62,860 nucleotides of DNA, filler included, from Globobulimina sp. (GCA_003354225.1; 52 parts of 52 records of this genome joined end to end with filler, not necessarily neighbours in it), one strand, 5' to 3'; positions 1 to 12,931 are shown, counted from the whole stretch's first letter. The notes: generated from the letters alone by a model not told the origin. Made by a program: numbers and translations.

Positions 1-3
1 AAG

Positions 4-969
4 TCACAATCCACTTTTGTTGAGATGCTCCAATATTCCACTAAACCTATTTATCATTGGCTTTGCATTAAATGTCCTCGTTGTATGCCTATCTCCTGCG
101 GTTTTATCATGAATAATAACGGTAAAAAATTTGAAAACAAATAAAAAATATGAATAAATATTATCATAATCAATTGCATTCAATGCATTCTCTCGATAAC
201 CAACAATCGTATACGTCTTAGATAAATCCGCTGCAGTCCGAAAATATTGTTTATGCAATAAATCCTTTAATTCATTGGATCGATGATAATCACTTTGTTT
301 TTGACCGAGATATATCACCGGATGCATCCAATTCAAATCTTGCGAATCTCGAATTGCTGTAATTATTTTTAATTCATCCGCAGATATCGTATAACTGCTA
401 TCATTTGGATATGAAAAACGTTGTAAATTATATTTATTTTGCACATGATCCACAAATACAACTTGGAAATCTTCAATTTTCGCACCTCCATTCACTTGAA
501 AGTCTCCTTTATTGTAATCCTTCAAAGCACGTAATATTTTCTTTGTGCTCCAACCCGATTTTTTGGTCAATGCATATTTTTTCTTTATGGATGCATCGAT
601 TTCATTCAATTGTGCTCTTTTTGACTCTTTTAAATAACTAAAAAATTTACAGACCAATAAAGCATTCGTATAATCAGAATATGATCGATGATGCGTAATA
701 TCATTGGAATAAAACACTGAGATTGCTTCAAATATTACTTTGGGTATTTCTTGATCGATGGTTTTCAAAATGTCATGAAAAAAATAACGCACAATTACAA
801 TTAATACATCACTCCACGTTTTGCTATAAAATGCGGGACAATTACCATTAATATTATCATTACCGTAGGTTGGAAATCTTGGCTTATATTTTGGTAATCG
901 GATAATTGCGTCACTACCATCTGATATGATGATGGGTTTGGGTGAGGCATTCATTGTGTAACTACTCAA
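4..969 (-). CDS. hypothetical protein (~320 aa)
   Basis: Long ORF in AT-rich DNA; no recognisable motif. Confidence 0.5.
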   Translation of the reverse strand: MSSYTMNASPKPIIISDGSDAIIRLPKYKPRFPTYGNDNINGNCPAFYSKTWSDVLIVIVRYFFHDILKTIDQEIPKVIFEAISVFYSNDITHHRSYSDYTNALLVCKFFSYLKESKRAQLNEIDASIKKKYALTKKSGWSTKKILRALKDYNKGDFQVNGGAKIEDFQVVFVDHVQNKYNLQRFSYPNDSSYTISADELKIITAIRDSQDLNWMHPVIYLGQKQSDYHRSNELKDLLHKQYFRTAADLSKTYTIVGYRENALNAIDYDNIYSYFLFVFKFFTVIIHDKTAGDRHTTRTFNAKPMINRFSGILEHLNKSGL

Positions 970-1225
970 ATTAAAAACAATATTAGACTACTGCCAATTA
1001 AGTTCGGAAGCTTAACATGTTCGAAAACCTTTTTGTTTACTACTGATAGGCTTTAGCTGCAAGCGTTCCAAAAAGTGATTCTTGTCCCTTTGGAACATCT
1101 ATCAAGATATACNNNNNNNNNNNNNNNNNNNNNNNNNNNNNNNNNNNNNNNNNNNNTTAATTAATTAANNNNNNNNNNNNNNNNNNNNNNNNNNNNNNNN
1201 NNNNNNNNNNNNGTTAGTCATTTAA

Positions 1226-2263
1226 CGACTTAAAAATTCTTTAAGATGGCTAATACATAAAGGTCATATCGATGATTATGCACAATTAATAGGTGATTAT
1301 TATGCGGATAACGCTGCTTTAAAATATTTTATTATTCAACAATGTTCAATGCATCCATTGGCATACCAATCTTGTGTAAAATGGGCCAAATATTGGAATT
1401 TACATAGAAACGGTGGCTGTAATGGCATTGTAGCAAAGTGTCAAAGAAAAATGACAGGGAAACAGGTTAAAAGGCATGGTCCGCATACAAATAACAAGTT
1501 ATTTATTGCTGGATTTGATGATATTGGACCTTGTATTATTAAAAAAGCACAAATAATATTTGTAAATAGTATGGAACGATTATATTTAGCGAGTGATATA
1601 TTATTAGATGGTGATATAAAATGTATTGGATTGGATTTGGAGTTAATGGCTATTGATTTGCCGTGGCCTATACATAAAAAACCAAAACATTGTCAAATAT
1701 TACAAATTGCCACCAATAACATTGCGTTTATATTCGATTTGCAAATAAATAAATTAATTGAGAATAAAGTGTTCGATAATTTATTATTAAAACTATTTGA
1801 ACAATCATCGATCGTTAAAATAGGCATTGGATGGCGCGAAGATTTACGTTGTTTACGGAAACAATATCCAAATTGTGCTGCATTTCAATGTGTTTTAACA
1901 CCATATTTTGAGTTATCCACAGTTACAAAGTATATAATAAATAATAAAGAAACTGTGAAGAAGGTGTTAAAAATTAATGAGAAGCGAGAAAAAAATATAA
2001 AAAGTAGATTTAAGAAACATAGAGACAAAGAAGGTGGTTTAGCAAGACTTACGCGATGGATTTTACATAAGAAATTGGATAAATTTCAACAAATAAGTAA
2101 TTGGAGCAATCGTCCATTGCGTAATAACCAATTACAATATGCTGCTTTGGATGCTATGGTTGAATGTTGGATGTATGAAACGCTATCATTATGGGAAAAG
2201 AAAAACGTTTTTCCTCATTTAAATTATTTTTATAATGACTTGTTAATTAAAGAAGATAATTAA
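1226..2263 (+). CDS. DEDDy 3'-5' exonuclease, mut-7/EXD3-WRN-like (5'-partial)
   Basis: ExoI CIGLDLE, ILQIAT, ExoII KIGIGWREDL, ExoIII LDKFQQISNWSNRPLRNNQLQYAALDA; frame open from 1226. Confidence 0.88.
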   Translation, partial: RLKNSLRWLIHKGHIDDYAQLIGDYYADNAALKYFIIQQCSMHPLAYQSCVKWAKYWNLHRNGGCNGIVAKCQRKMTGKQVKRHGPHTNNKLFIAGFDDIGPCIIKKAQIIFVNSMERLYLASDILLDGDIKCIGLDLELMAIDLPWPIHKKPKHCQILQIATNNIAFIFDLQINKLIENKVFDNLLLKLFEQSSIVKIGIGWREDLRCLRKQYPNCAAFQCVLTPYFELSTVTKYIINNKETVKKVLKINEKREKNIKSRFKKHRDKEGGLARLTRWILHKKLDKFQQISNWSNRPLRNNQLQYAALDAMVECWMYETLSLWEKKNVFPHLNYFYNDLLIKEDN

Positions 2264-2424
2264 TAGAAATGTCACGCAGCGTAGTCATCATTATCTCTAT
2301 AACAGCTTCTTTTCCTGACTCATCNNNNNNNNNNNNNNNNNNNNNNNNNNNNNNNNNNNNNNNNNNNNTTAATTAATTAANNNNNNNNNNNNNNNNNNNN
2401 NNNNNNNNNNNNNNNNNNNNNNNN

Positions 2425-3536
2425 GTGAGCTGTGAAAGGAAATATAAAGCAAAACATGCGGTTATTTATCATTCCGATGAGAAAAATGATATTCATTCGA
2501 CAGCGTGCGATATTTGTAAAAACTGTGCATTTATGCAAGGCGTTTCGAAGTTGTGTGCTATTATCACCGATAAAATTGATACAAAAAAGAATATTAATAT
2601 TAATCAAGAAAATGATTCAAATTTAATAACAGAACATAATACATTTGATAAGAACCGCTTAAACAATAATAATAATAATAATAAAAATATTGATGAATAT
2701 GATGATGAATCGACAGACAAACAACAAAATAAGAAAAAAGTGACAATTGCAATACAACAAAATAAAAGCGAGAATAATAAAGCTTCATTAATTGGTATGA
2801 GTATTAAAGAGATAAAATTACTGAAAAGAAATGATATCATTCATTTTAAAAATAAAAATAATGAATGGATGTTAGTTAAAGTATATGTATTTACTACAAT
2901 GAAAAATAGATTACAATTACGATGCATTGCTGATGATACATTTATTGCCAATTTTAATTATGAATTGCGGAATGATGAGGAAATAATATCAAATTTTGTG
3001 AGATGCGATGATTTTAATTGTGAATTTTGTTATGATGATAATAATGCAACAAATAGTAATACAGTATTAGAAGATAATTATAATAAGAAATTGATGGCAC
3101 CCTCAATGAACCCAAACACAAACAACAGTACACTGAGTACACTTGATTTATTGTCATCTCCTTCTGATGAAGCAGATGATACTGATATCGATATCAATAA
3201 AAATGAGAATAAAAATGATAATGACGATAAGAATATTGATATGGATGAAGATATGGGTATTGTTAAAATAACTAAACAACACATTGAAAATATTGATGAT
3301 GATATGACAGAGAATGAGAAGGTAACTATTGCTGAGGACGAAGATGTTGATATTAGTGATATAAATAAAACACAACATATTGAACATAGTGATGCTTCTT
3401 CAAACAATATTAATCGAAAAAGAACATTCAATGAAATAAAATTAATAAATTCTGAACGCAAAGAGGAAGAAATTATTATTAATCATGATGATATGACAGA
3501 GAATCAGAAGGTAAATATGGATGAGGACGTTGGTAT
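2425..3536 (+). CDS. Asn/Asp-rich low-complexity protein with internal repeats (partial)
   Basis: Open across the whole contig; repeats DDMTENEKV / DDMTENQKV and KQHIE / TQHIE. Confidence 0.6.
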
Positions 3537-4294
3537 NNNNNNNNNNNNNNNNNNNNNNNNNNNNNNNNNNNNNNNNNNNNTTAATTAATTAANNNNNNNN
3601 NNNNNNNNNNNNNNNNNNNNNNNNNNNNNNNNNNNNCAACGCGAGATTGAGAAACAGAAATCCATCGAAAAAATGAAGAATGCGAAGGTTGTAAATTCGA
3701 AGGTGAATGTTTTTGAGCGGATGATTAAGGAAAATAACAATGATATTAAAAAGAATGAAATAATGGGCATAGATGATAGGAATCGGAACAGGGAGAGTGA
3801 CAATGATATGAGTCATGTTGTGAGTGATGACACAAACACAGACAAAGTAGGAATGAGTGATAATGAGATTGGAAATTATGATGATAATACTGGCACTATG
3901 ATAATTCATCCGGATCGATTGGAACATTTAATTTCACAGTCGGATGAGTAATAATTTGAAGTATTGTATGTTGTCCTTTTTTTGCTGAGTTTACTCGCTT
4001 TACATTTTCTATGCTAGCAAAAGAGATGGTGTTTATGCGTGTATCTATTATTTGTAGTCGTGTGTCAATCGTGTGCATGATATTATTGCTTTTTTTTTCT
4101 CCAATATCTTTTTTCAAACATTCATACGATCGATAATATTTGAAATTTAATTTGCAAGATTATTAACATTGTGTCATGTGAGAAAATCGTGTGGTAAACT
4201 GAGACTAAGAAAATCGTGTGTTTTGAAGTACTTAATTTTAACTGAATACCATAATACAGATGTTATCAAATACAATGTAGAAAAAAAAAGAGTT

Positions 4295-4675
4295 TTAATT
4301 GGCAACCTCATCTTCATCAACTTTATTTAAAGAAAATGTTTCTTCACATTCATTCAGCTGATGCATATTATGAGAAATTAAGTCAATATGATTTGGATGA
4401 CGAACAAATCTCTGACAATCTTTCCTAAACTTAGCAAAATAATCTCTAAATCGTGGCCGGCTGTATCTTGTCAATGCTTTGTATGAATGTTTTGTTTCTG
4501 GATTTAATGCCTTCGCTGACGGGCAACGAGTAATTGATGGTGATGGCCATGGCCATAAATCAGCCCATTTACTTCTTCTCGCATCCTGATACATTTGCAG
4601 CTTATTATCCGATTTAGCAATTAGCCATTTCTCTAAATATCCGTACTCTTTCTCATCAATTCCTTCTTCATCCAC
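4295..4675 (-). CDS. hypothetical protein, terminal exon
   Basis: ORF preceded by AT-rich intron acceptor (ttataacag|gtg). Confidence 0.5.
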   Translation of the reverse strand: MDEEGIDEKEYGYLEKWLIAKSDNKLQMYQDARRSKWADLWPWPSPSITRCPSAKALNPETKHSYKALTRYSRPRFRDYFAKFRKDCQRFVRHPNHIDLISHNMHQLNECEETFSLNKVDEDEVAN

Positions 4676-4848
4676 CTGTTATAAATTAAAATAAATATAA
4701 TTTAATTTGTATGAAGAGCTGAACAGAAAAATTTATGTATTACAAAATNNNNNNNNNNNNNNNNNNNNNNNNNNNNNNNNNNNNNNNNNNNNTTAATTAA
4801 TTAANNNNNNNNNNNNNNNNNNNNNNNNNNNNNNNNNNNNNNNNNNNN

Positions 4849-5478
4849 CGACCAAAGTAACGACACTGTGGCTGCACATATATTGCCGTTTAATAGCAGT
4901 AATAATGTAAGCCAATGTGTGGAGTATTACATTCAAGTGGATGGTAATGCAGCACCTGGCCGCCCCGAAGGTATCGCCACCGGCTTTTTCCAGATGAATG
5001 TAATTGGAGAATGTCCTTCCTCTGCGCCGTCCTCTGCGCCGTCCTCTGCGCCGTCCTCTGTGCCTACCTCTGCGCCTACGACGTCTTCAGAGTCTTCGGA
5101 GTCTTCGGAGTCTTCCGACAGTAAAACGTATGTTTCCTTTGCCTCTGTTTTTATATATTTGCTGTGTAATATTATTAAGTAAATGTTTTATTTGCGTTAA
5201 GGAGTGACAGTTATTCGGAGGATTCTGATGAGAGAAAAAAGAAAAAGAAAAAGAAAAAGAAAAAAAAGAAAAAAGAAAAAAGTAGTTCTGACAGTGTGGA
5301 GTATGCATTATTTGAAAATAATGGATTTGATGATACCGAAATGAATATGCCATCAAAGGCAAAGCGAGTGGTTTTACAATTTGGTGCTTTTACTGTGATG
5401 AATGTGGGGTTATTATTCGGTGTTATTTTCGTATTTAATGTTATATTGGTTTGCGTTTGGTATACAACAAAAAAATGA
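4849..5478 (+). CDS. single-pass surface protein C-terminus (PSSA-repeat stalk, poly-Lys, TM helix); intron 5128-5201
   Basis: Splicing GTATGT(5128)..TTAAG(5201) joins PSSAPSSAPSSAP-SSESSES in frame to a K13 tract and VGLLFGVIFVFNVILVCVWY. Confidence 0.72.
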
Positions 5479-6060
5479 ACCAAATTGTTTATTAGTTACT
5501 TTTTTTTTATAGATTTCTATTCTTGCTATTAATTTATTTATATTTATTATGTTTTTTCGTATTTATTTTTTTTTAATTAATTCACTCTGTTAAAATAATA
5601 ACAAGAAAACTAGGAAATAAAAAAAAAGCATGGTAGTATATCACAGAGCCTCTGTGATTGCCTATTATTTATTCATATTTGCGCTCAAATAATGGACCAT
5701 TTTATTGGATGGATCTTTATATCTCAATTTTATTACATTTGTAAACATGATACTTGACGCAATATCTCTTTTTTTCTCATCTAAAACATTAAATAACGGC
5801 GATAACACATTAAACATTTTGCTTTCGGCGAATGCAGATATTTTCCTATAAAAATGCAGATGTTTTTGTTGAATAAAATGCATTTTTTGAGCATTTAAGT
5901 CGGTATGATTTAGAACTGCGTTTATCTGAAGATAGTGATAATAACTGTTTGCATCACATGNNNNNNNNNNNNNNNNNNNNNNNNNNNNNNNNNNNNNNNN
6001 NNNNTTAATTAATTAANNNNNNNNNNNNNNNNNNNNNNNNNNNNNNNNNNNNNNNNNNNN

Positions 6061-7168
6061 ATTTGATGATCGATTTGTATTTCTTACGGTATTTACGGGT
6101 CTCATCAATCAATTTTTTTATCTCATTATTTAATACCAAAACATGGCCAACGCGTTTTGTGGTTTGTCCAAAATGATATTGCGCTGAATTAATAATTAGC
6201 TTTTTTGCATGTTTCATAATAGTCGATATGTATTTGATTGGTTTGGCTTTCGCCGAAATGCCATTACCATTATTATCTATTATTATTTTCATCGATTTTA
6301 ACTTTACACTCAGATCATTTTGATATTTTTCAATGTTTTGTTTCGACATTTTCTCCAAATTCCACGTCGTTTTTGTGAATACTTTCTTGTGTTTAATGGT
6401 ATTAATATTTATTAAATATAGATGATTTGGGTAATGATCTGAATATATTTCGGGGATATAGTTATTAATTAATTGTATACGGCCTTTGTCATTAATATTA
6501 GACCAAATTGTATCGATTATTGACTCCTCAATGATGTCATATTTATTTATTCTATATCTCGTTTTCTGGCCGAATGTGTTATTGTTTTTTAATCCGATTT
6601 TACTCATTGCTTCAAATAAACTGTCTCCATCGACATATTTCCTTAATAAATTATACCGTTTCTCTTCAATTCTGTCAATAGAGCCAATTCTTTCAGAGCG
6701 GATATTGTAATCACCTGCATTTACGATCGTCGGGGTTTGGTCATTCATGAAATTAGCTATGTATTTGTGGACAGCTTTAATGTGTTTTAAATTCACCGCT
6801 TCAATGTTGAGCGATCTGTACCCATTCCATAATATGATTTTATCTCTGTTTCTGTATTTTTTTCTGAGTTTTACTACAACTGCACATGAATGAATATTGT
6901 TTATTGGCGACGCATCAATTAAATCATACGGTATCTCAATTGAACTAATACTGTTTAACATGCCGTCACAAACATAAATTGATGTTATTCCAATGATATC
7001 ATTCACGATCCGCTTCATTCCATTAATTTGGGCGAATTCATTGTCATTTGCGATTTTATGCCCCCTATAATTCTTAAATCCGACCGTTTCTTGAAACATA
7101 CAAATATGCGGTCGTTTTTCTTCAATATCCGAAATAATCTCCGCTTTCTTGCAAGATTTCGCATTCAT
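6061..7168 (-). mobile_element. non-LTR retrotransposon ORF2 apurinic-type endonuclease (EEP) domain, partial
   Basis: Motifs MNAKS, ICMFQET, AGDYN, IIDTIW, SDHYP followed by a helical linker typical of LINE ORF2. Confidence 0.85.
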
Positions 7169-7395
7169 TCCNNNNNNNNNNNNNNNNNNNNNNNNNNNNN
7201 NNNNNNNNNNNNNNNTTAATTAATTAANNNNNNNNNNNNNNNNNNNNNNNNNNNNNNNNNNNNNNNNNNNNTCGATGGAAAATTACAAAATATATTGGCA
7301 TTGATACTTTTGGACATAGTTTTTGGCGAAGTTCGGAGGATGATTTTCGGCAAAAAGTTATTAATAATCAGGACATTATAAAATTATGGATCATC

Positions 7396-8061
7396 TTGCA
7401 AATGTATCAACATTTTCGACATAATATTTATATGAATTTAATTCGCAAACAACTTCCAGAGATACGTGATATGGATTTGTTGCATTGTGTTGCAGAGATT
7501 ATTACAGATTATACGCTGCAAAATATCAATGAAGCATACAGTGAATATTTTAATGTTGAAAGGAATTTGGAAAATATGACGGTTTTGTATTGTACAATAG
7601 GTATATCTGACGGGTGGAGAAGGCGTGGATTGATTAATATAAATAAATCATTGGTTGCCTGGATGGATGAAAATGTAGTTCCGCATATTCCATATAAATA
7701 TTTGTTTGGTATTATGGCGCATCATTTCGTTGATTATGGAACAAAAGAAAAATTAGATCCAGATTTTTTGATGGAAGAGGATTTGACACAAGGTTTGAGG
7801 ATGGAAATGGAAGATGTTTATGAACGGAAATTGGATCAGAAATATATAGATCGATACCATTTGGATTGTAGTTTTAGTGAAATTGATACGGAAAGTGATG
7901 ATATGTGGGACGAAGACTGTTGTTTGAGAGCAAAAAAAAAACAAAGCATAAAGAGTATCATACTAAATATAAGGCAGAATTCATACAAGGTAAAGAGTCT
8001 GAATTCAACTCTTATCCGTATTGTTGACTGTTGTTACTTTCTTAAAAAAAATAATCTGTAG
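7396..8061 (+). CDS. hypothetical protein
   Basis: 221-aa ORF, no motif recognised. Confidence 0.4.
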   Translation: MQMYQHFRHNIYMNLIRKQLPEIRDMDLLHCVAEIITDYTLQNINEAYSEYFNVERNLENMTVLYCTIGISDGWRRRGLININKSLVAWMDENVVPHIPYKYLFGIMAHHFVDYGTKEKLDPDFLMEEDLTQGLRMEMEDVYERKLDQKYIDRYHLDCSFSEIDTESDDMWDEDCCLRAKKKQSIKSIILNIRQNSYKVKSLNSTLIRIVDCCYFLKKNNL

Positions 8062-9001
8062 TTCACTACAATGGAATTTAAAGAAATCCTAAAAACAGCA
8101 TCCGAAGTCTGAACAACAATTAAGATTACAATCTGTCAATACATAAGGTATCTTCTTTCCGATATTTTAAATTGTGTTTGATTTAACACTTTATTCATTA
8201 AAATATATTCATTATATATCCAACTACGATATCCATCAAACATATTATGTGTTGCTTTTATTTGTATACTTTTCAATGATTTATGTTTAAACAAAATATC
8301 TCCCCAAAATAAACTAAAAAATGATGATAATAAAAATGGAAATGTTTTAATACCCTTCCAATCAGTTGTATAAAATAAGATTNNNNNNNNNNNNNNNNNN
8401 NNNNNNNNNNNNNNNNNNNNNNNNNNTTAATTAATTAANNNNNNNNNNNNNNNNNNNNNNNNNNNNNNNNNNNNNNNNNNNNTGATCCAAAACGTGATCC
8501 AAAATGGGATAAAAGATTAATGAGCAATTGGTCAAATGTGTGGAATAAATGGATTGATTTAATGGCATACAAAAATTTCATTTAATTTAATTTAATTCCA
8601 CTGTTTTTTTATTGTCCTCACCCTCACCCTCACCCTCGCAAGCTCTGTGGGAATATTTGTAGTTAGGATATATATATGACCTTTTGTGTATACCCAAATT
8701 TCAAATAACATACCAAGATATCAGCCTACTATTATACACATTTCGCATATTCCCTATCAAACTGGTCACATTAATTTTGTAGTAAACTATTCACCGAACA
8801 ATGTAGTTTAACAATTGGTGTGGCCACAAACATTGTAGATACAATTTACTGTAAAATTGAGTAAAATATGCTTGTTTTTGTGCATATATATGATGTTTTT
8901 GTTTTCTTTTTCATCAAAAATACAAGACAGTTTTCCTGCTCATTCCTTTCTCTCATCTCACCCAAACACTTTACTACAATATATAACATTTACTGTCCAT
9001 A

Positions 9002-9593
9002 ATGGATGAAAACAAAATTGTAAATGAACTGCTGACAAATGGACATGATAAAGAAGATATTATGCACAGTATTAAAGATGTAAATAATAGACTATCATGG
9101 CAGAAAAAATCATTATGTTCAATTTATTCACGAAATCGTAAAAAATGGTATAATGGTGAAATTACAAAAATATCTACAAATGACAAAACAAACGAAGAAT
9201 GGTTATGTATTAAATATAATCATTCGTGGAATAAAAAAATCCAACGATTTAGTAAATATATCCAGCCAATGAATGTACAAAAACACGACCACCACAACGA
9301 TATTATTATTAAATTCATCATAAATAATTTAAAACAGAAACAAATTGCAAATCAATTTGTTAACGATAATATTCAAGTCACTCAAGTGGCAGAGGATGAG
9401 GTAAAATATGACTATGTACGATCAGAGAAACAAAATGCGATGACTGTGGATGATTATGTGTTATTTGGTGAGCTATCACTCAGATTAATACATGTGGCGA
9501 ATACAGATAATGCAGAACACAATAAAAAGAAGAATGAGATTGTGCAAAGAGCAAAGACTGAGTTGAAAGAGGCAGAAACAATCATTGTCAATC
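9002..9593 (+). CDS. protein with Tudor/SH3-barrel-like domain (3'-partial)
   Basis: Segment WQKKSLCSIYSRNRKKWYNGEITKI...EEWLCIKY...KKIQRF resembles Tudor/Agenet barrels. Confidence 0.5.
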
Positions 9594-9697
9594 NNNNNNN
9601 NNNNNNNNNNNNNNNNNNNNNNNNNNNNNNNNNNNNNTTAATTAATTAANNNNNNNNNNNNNNNNNNNNNNNNNNNNNNNNNNNNNNNNNNNNCAAA

Positions 9698-10804
9698 ATG
9701 TATGTCTTGATAATAATCCTCGCACCGCCCTCCAATATATGTCCTTGCACCAAAATAAACAGATTTCGATCTGTTTTATGCATTTATTACCCACCGCCGT
9801 GGCTGGCGGCCGTGGCCGTGTTCAAATCGCTGAAAAGGTACAATATGGACCGGCTGAAACCGCCCAAACTCAACAAAGCCAGCAACAAAGAAACAAACTA
9901 CAAACAGCCGCCAAAGTTGTATCTCACCCACGAATGGTTTAAGATGTACGATCCGACCAACTCATTGAACCTCAACACCATTCAATACATTTCCGACGAG
10001 ATTGACGCCTGCGACGACGACGTAATTTCGGTGCGAGACTATGCGCGGAAACCGGCCGAATTGTACGGCATTGTCGACTTAGCTCTGTTGAAACGCAGCA
10101 ATTTAGTGCGAAATACGCCATTTCGCAGATTGCCGGTTCAAATGCAAGAGGACCTACGCAATTGCTTCAAATTAAAGAAAACGCAGTATATCGATTTGCG
10201 GTGCAATGTGATCAAAGAGTATGAGTCGAAAAACAAACAACTCCGAATCCACACCGCGCAAAATCTGAGTAACGAACCAGAAAAAGAGATGGATTCAGAC
10301 CTAAAAGCGCAGGAAAAAGAGCGCAAATTATGCTCGCCGCCCGATGTCGACGTCGGCAATGATCCGTCGTCGGATTGGATTTTCGGACAAGGTCCAAAAC
10401 AGAGGGAAATCGTCAAAGCGCTGAGGTTATCACACAAAAAACTGCAGAAAGCGCTGCAAAAACCGGCCAATCCCAACTTGGAAGAAGGCGAAATCGAGGA
10501 CGAAGAGGAGGAGTTTTCGTACCATAATCACAATGACAATGTGTATAAATACAACAGGAAGCGGAAAAGGAGCAATTGGGACCATAATAATAATGCAAAC
10601 AATACGTTTCGTAATAGGAACAGTAATAAGAATTTCGAGACCAAATCGAATCAGCGAAGGAGGAGAAACATCAAAGAAGAGCTATTTCATTGCGGATTGG
10701 AAACGTACCGCTATGTGAAAAGAAGAGGCGATGAGACGAATAAATCGGATATGGACGAAGACAGCGATATGTTTTATATGACTTTTTGCATTCAGAGGTT
10801 CGAC
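9698..10804 (+). CDS. hypothetical basic protein, higher GC than neighbours
   Basis: Open reading frame across the contig; no family recognised. Confidence 0.5.
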
Positions 10805-11290
10805 NNNNNNNNNNNNNNNNNNNNNNNNNNNNNNNNNNNNNNNNNNNNTTAATTAATTAANNNNNNNNNNNNNNNNNNNNNNNNNNNNNNNNNNNNNNNN
10901 NNNNAAGTTCTTTAAAAAGTGTTGACGTTTTACAATGTTGTGCCACAAAGTAAAATAAGGAATCCTATTGAGACAAACAATTCTAGATTGGTGATAAACG
11001 TGATAAACGAATGTTGTGCAGCCATGAGTATTGTTAGTAAAAAAACTTTATTAATTAACTTGTGATTTGCGATGACCGTTGATTATGAATTGCAGCTGCA
11101 ATTCTATCAGACCCAAAGCCAAATAATGATTTCCAGGGGTTTCTGAGCGTTACCGCTCCCATAGGTTTATATACAATAATTATACATGGTATCAATTGCC
11201 AATGCAAATAATTATAGAAAAGTGGAGAAAAAGAAAGTGGAGGACATACATGAACAGAGTCCAGGAAAAAGAAAGTGAATGAAGGCATTA

Positions 11291-11801
11291 TGAACAGAGT
11301 CCAGGTAATTATGAAGGTGGCAGATGGAATATAGCTGCTAACATTGTTGAATACATATTATTAGATCTTTATCTCTTTCATTTGCTATTTTTATTTGAGA
11401 TTTCCACATTGTAGCTCACCTCTAGACTGTCATAGTCCAGTTTCTGATCATTTATTTAAAGATTTTCTTGAAATGAGCTTAAAAATGTAGAACTGAGAAA
11501 TAATAAATCATTTGAATTACAATATATCTCAAATTCAAAAGATTTTGAACTTGGATGTTTTTTTAAAGGCAAAAATGTTTGAATCAGCTCCTGTTTAGTG
11601 GTTGAATTATGATTTTAATTGCAAACTTAGCAGCTGTGGTTGGCGGAGGTTCTAATAATATTGCAAACTTAGCAGCTCTAATAATATGTATTCAACAATG
11701 TTAGCAGCATAAATAGTCATGGAAGTGCTTTAGAATCATATATAAGGCAATATATAGCTATATTCCATCTGCCACCTTCATAATTACCTGGACTCTGTTC
11801 A
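11291..11801. mobile_element. foldback/MITE-like element with ~75-bp terminal inverted repeats
   Basis: 11291-11365 is the reverse complement of 11677-11708 plus 11756-11801; the right arm is interrupted by ~47 bp. Confidence 0.7.
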
Positions 11802-12115
11802 GTTTAAAATTCCGTTAAACGATGAAATATTTGCTGTTTGGAATCCGAAAATACTGGCAAATTGTTAAGAAAGTGAAAACAAAATGTATTGCAAATGCGC
11901 GTGTTGTAAATTAATTTTTCATTCCAGATTGCATATAAATTTATATACAAAGATGACTAATCAAAATAAATCAGAAAGCGTTTCTAATGCGAATTTGCGT
12001 AGTTATTTTATCTCANNNNNNNNNNNNNNNNNNNNNNNNNNNNNNNNNNNNNNNNNNNNTTAATTAATTAANNNNNNNNNNNNNNNNNNNNNNNNNNNNN
12101 NNNNNNNNNNNNNNN

Positions 12116-12637
12116 TCGGCAGGTGGTTCTCAAGCCGCAGCAGATAATTTAGTTGCATTTGCAAAGAAATTAAGATCGTTAAACCCAAAGATGTTGATAA
12201 CGCAGCCGGTGTATGGATATCCACAAATAACTGCGGAAAATACGATGGTGAACCAAGGCTTCACTGCAAGTGGAGGCTATAATAATTTGATTGATAGTGT
12301 GGGAATAATGGTGTACAGTGATTTAAACAGTTTACAATATGTCAAAGATTATGGCAATGCTACATCGCAATGGGACGGCTTTCCAATCAAAGTCAATGTG
12401 CCATATAGCAGAATATTAGCTGGTATTCAAGGCTCTGCATCATCAGCAAGCATACAGTCGATGGCGAATAGTATTGTACAACAGAGATTGGGTGGATTTA
12501 TGGTGTGGTTTGCTTCTGTTATGGATAAGACAAATGGCGGAAAGAATGCGTTTAGTTATGGATGGATGGATGCAACAAACACTATGTCCACCACTGGCGC
12601 TGCGTGGCAAAAAGCATTGCAAACTATGAGAGGATAA
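12116..12637 (+). CDS. glycoside hydrolase family 18 (chitinase-like) C-terminal half
   Basis: TIM-barrel strands LITQP, IDSVGIMVY, RILAGI, LGGFMVW; catalytic DxDxE would lie upstream of the contig. Confidence 0.72.
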   Translation, partial: SAGGSQAAADNLVAFAKKLRSLNPKMLITQPVYGYPQITAENTMVNQGFTASGGYNNLIDSVGIMVYSDLNSLQYVKDYGNATSQWDGFPIKVNVPYSRILAGIQGSASSASIQSMANSIVQQRLGGFMVWFASVMDKTNGGKNAFSYGWMDATNTMSTTGAAWQKALQTMRG

Positions 12638-12931
12638 ATATTGTTACATACATATTGATGCTAAATATTTTTTATAATTACAACTTGTAAAACAAAATCT
12701 TGTAACATTGCTTCTCAGAATCACGACTCCGCCAAAAATGTGAGATGATCATAACTCTAAATCGGATTTTAGGATCTGTAAGGAAGGAACCACGTAGCTT
12801 TGAAACACCTTTGTAAATTTACTTGAATAGTTTACCACATGCGAATTTGGAAAAACTGCCTGGATCATGCTCCTGTGCAAAACAACCTCAATCCGGGCCG
12901 TTGCTGTAAGTACTATTTCTAAATAATTGAA

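Noticed and set aside
1223-1225. In-frame TAA upstream of the exonuclease as evidence of code reassignment
   Set aside because: It lies 10 bp from the contig end, and many host genes terminate at TAA.
2377-3927. Hydrophobic antisense ORFs opposite N/D/K-rich genes
   Set aside because: Shadow frames of low-complexity sense ORFs.
9698-10804. Possible retroelement gag/ORF1
   Set aside because: No zinc knuckle, RRM or linked pol is visible; left as hypothetical.
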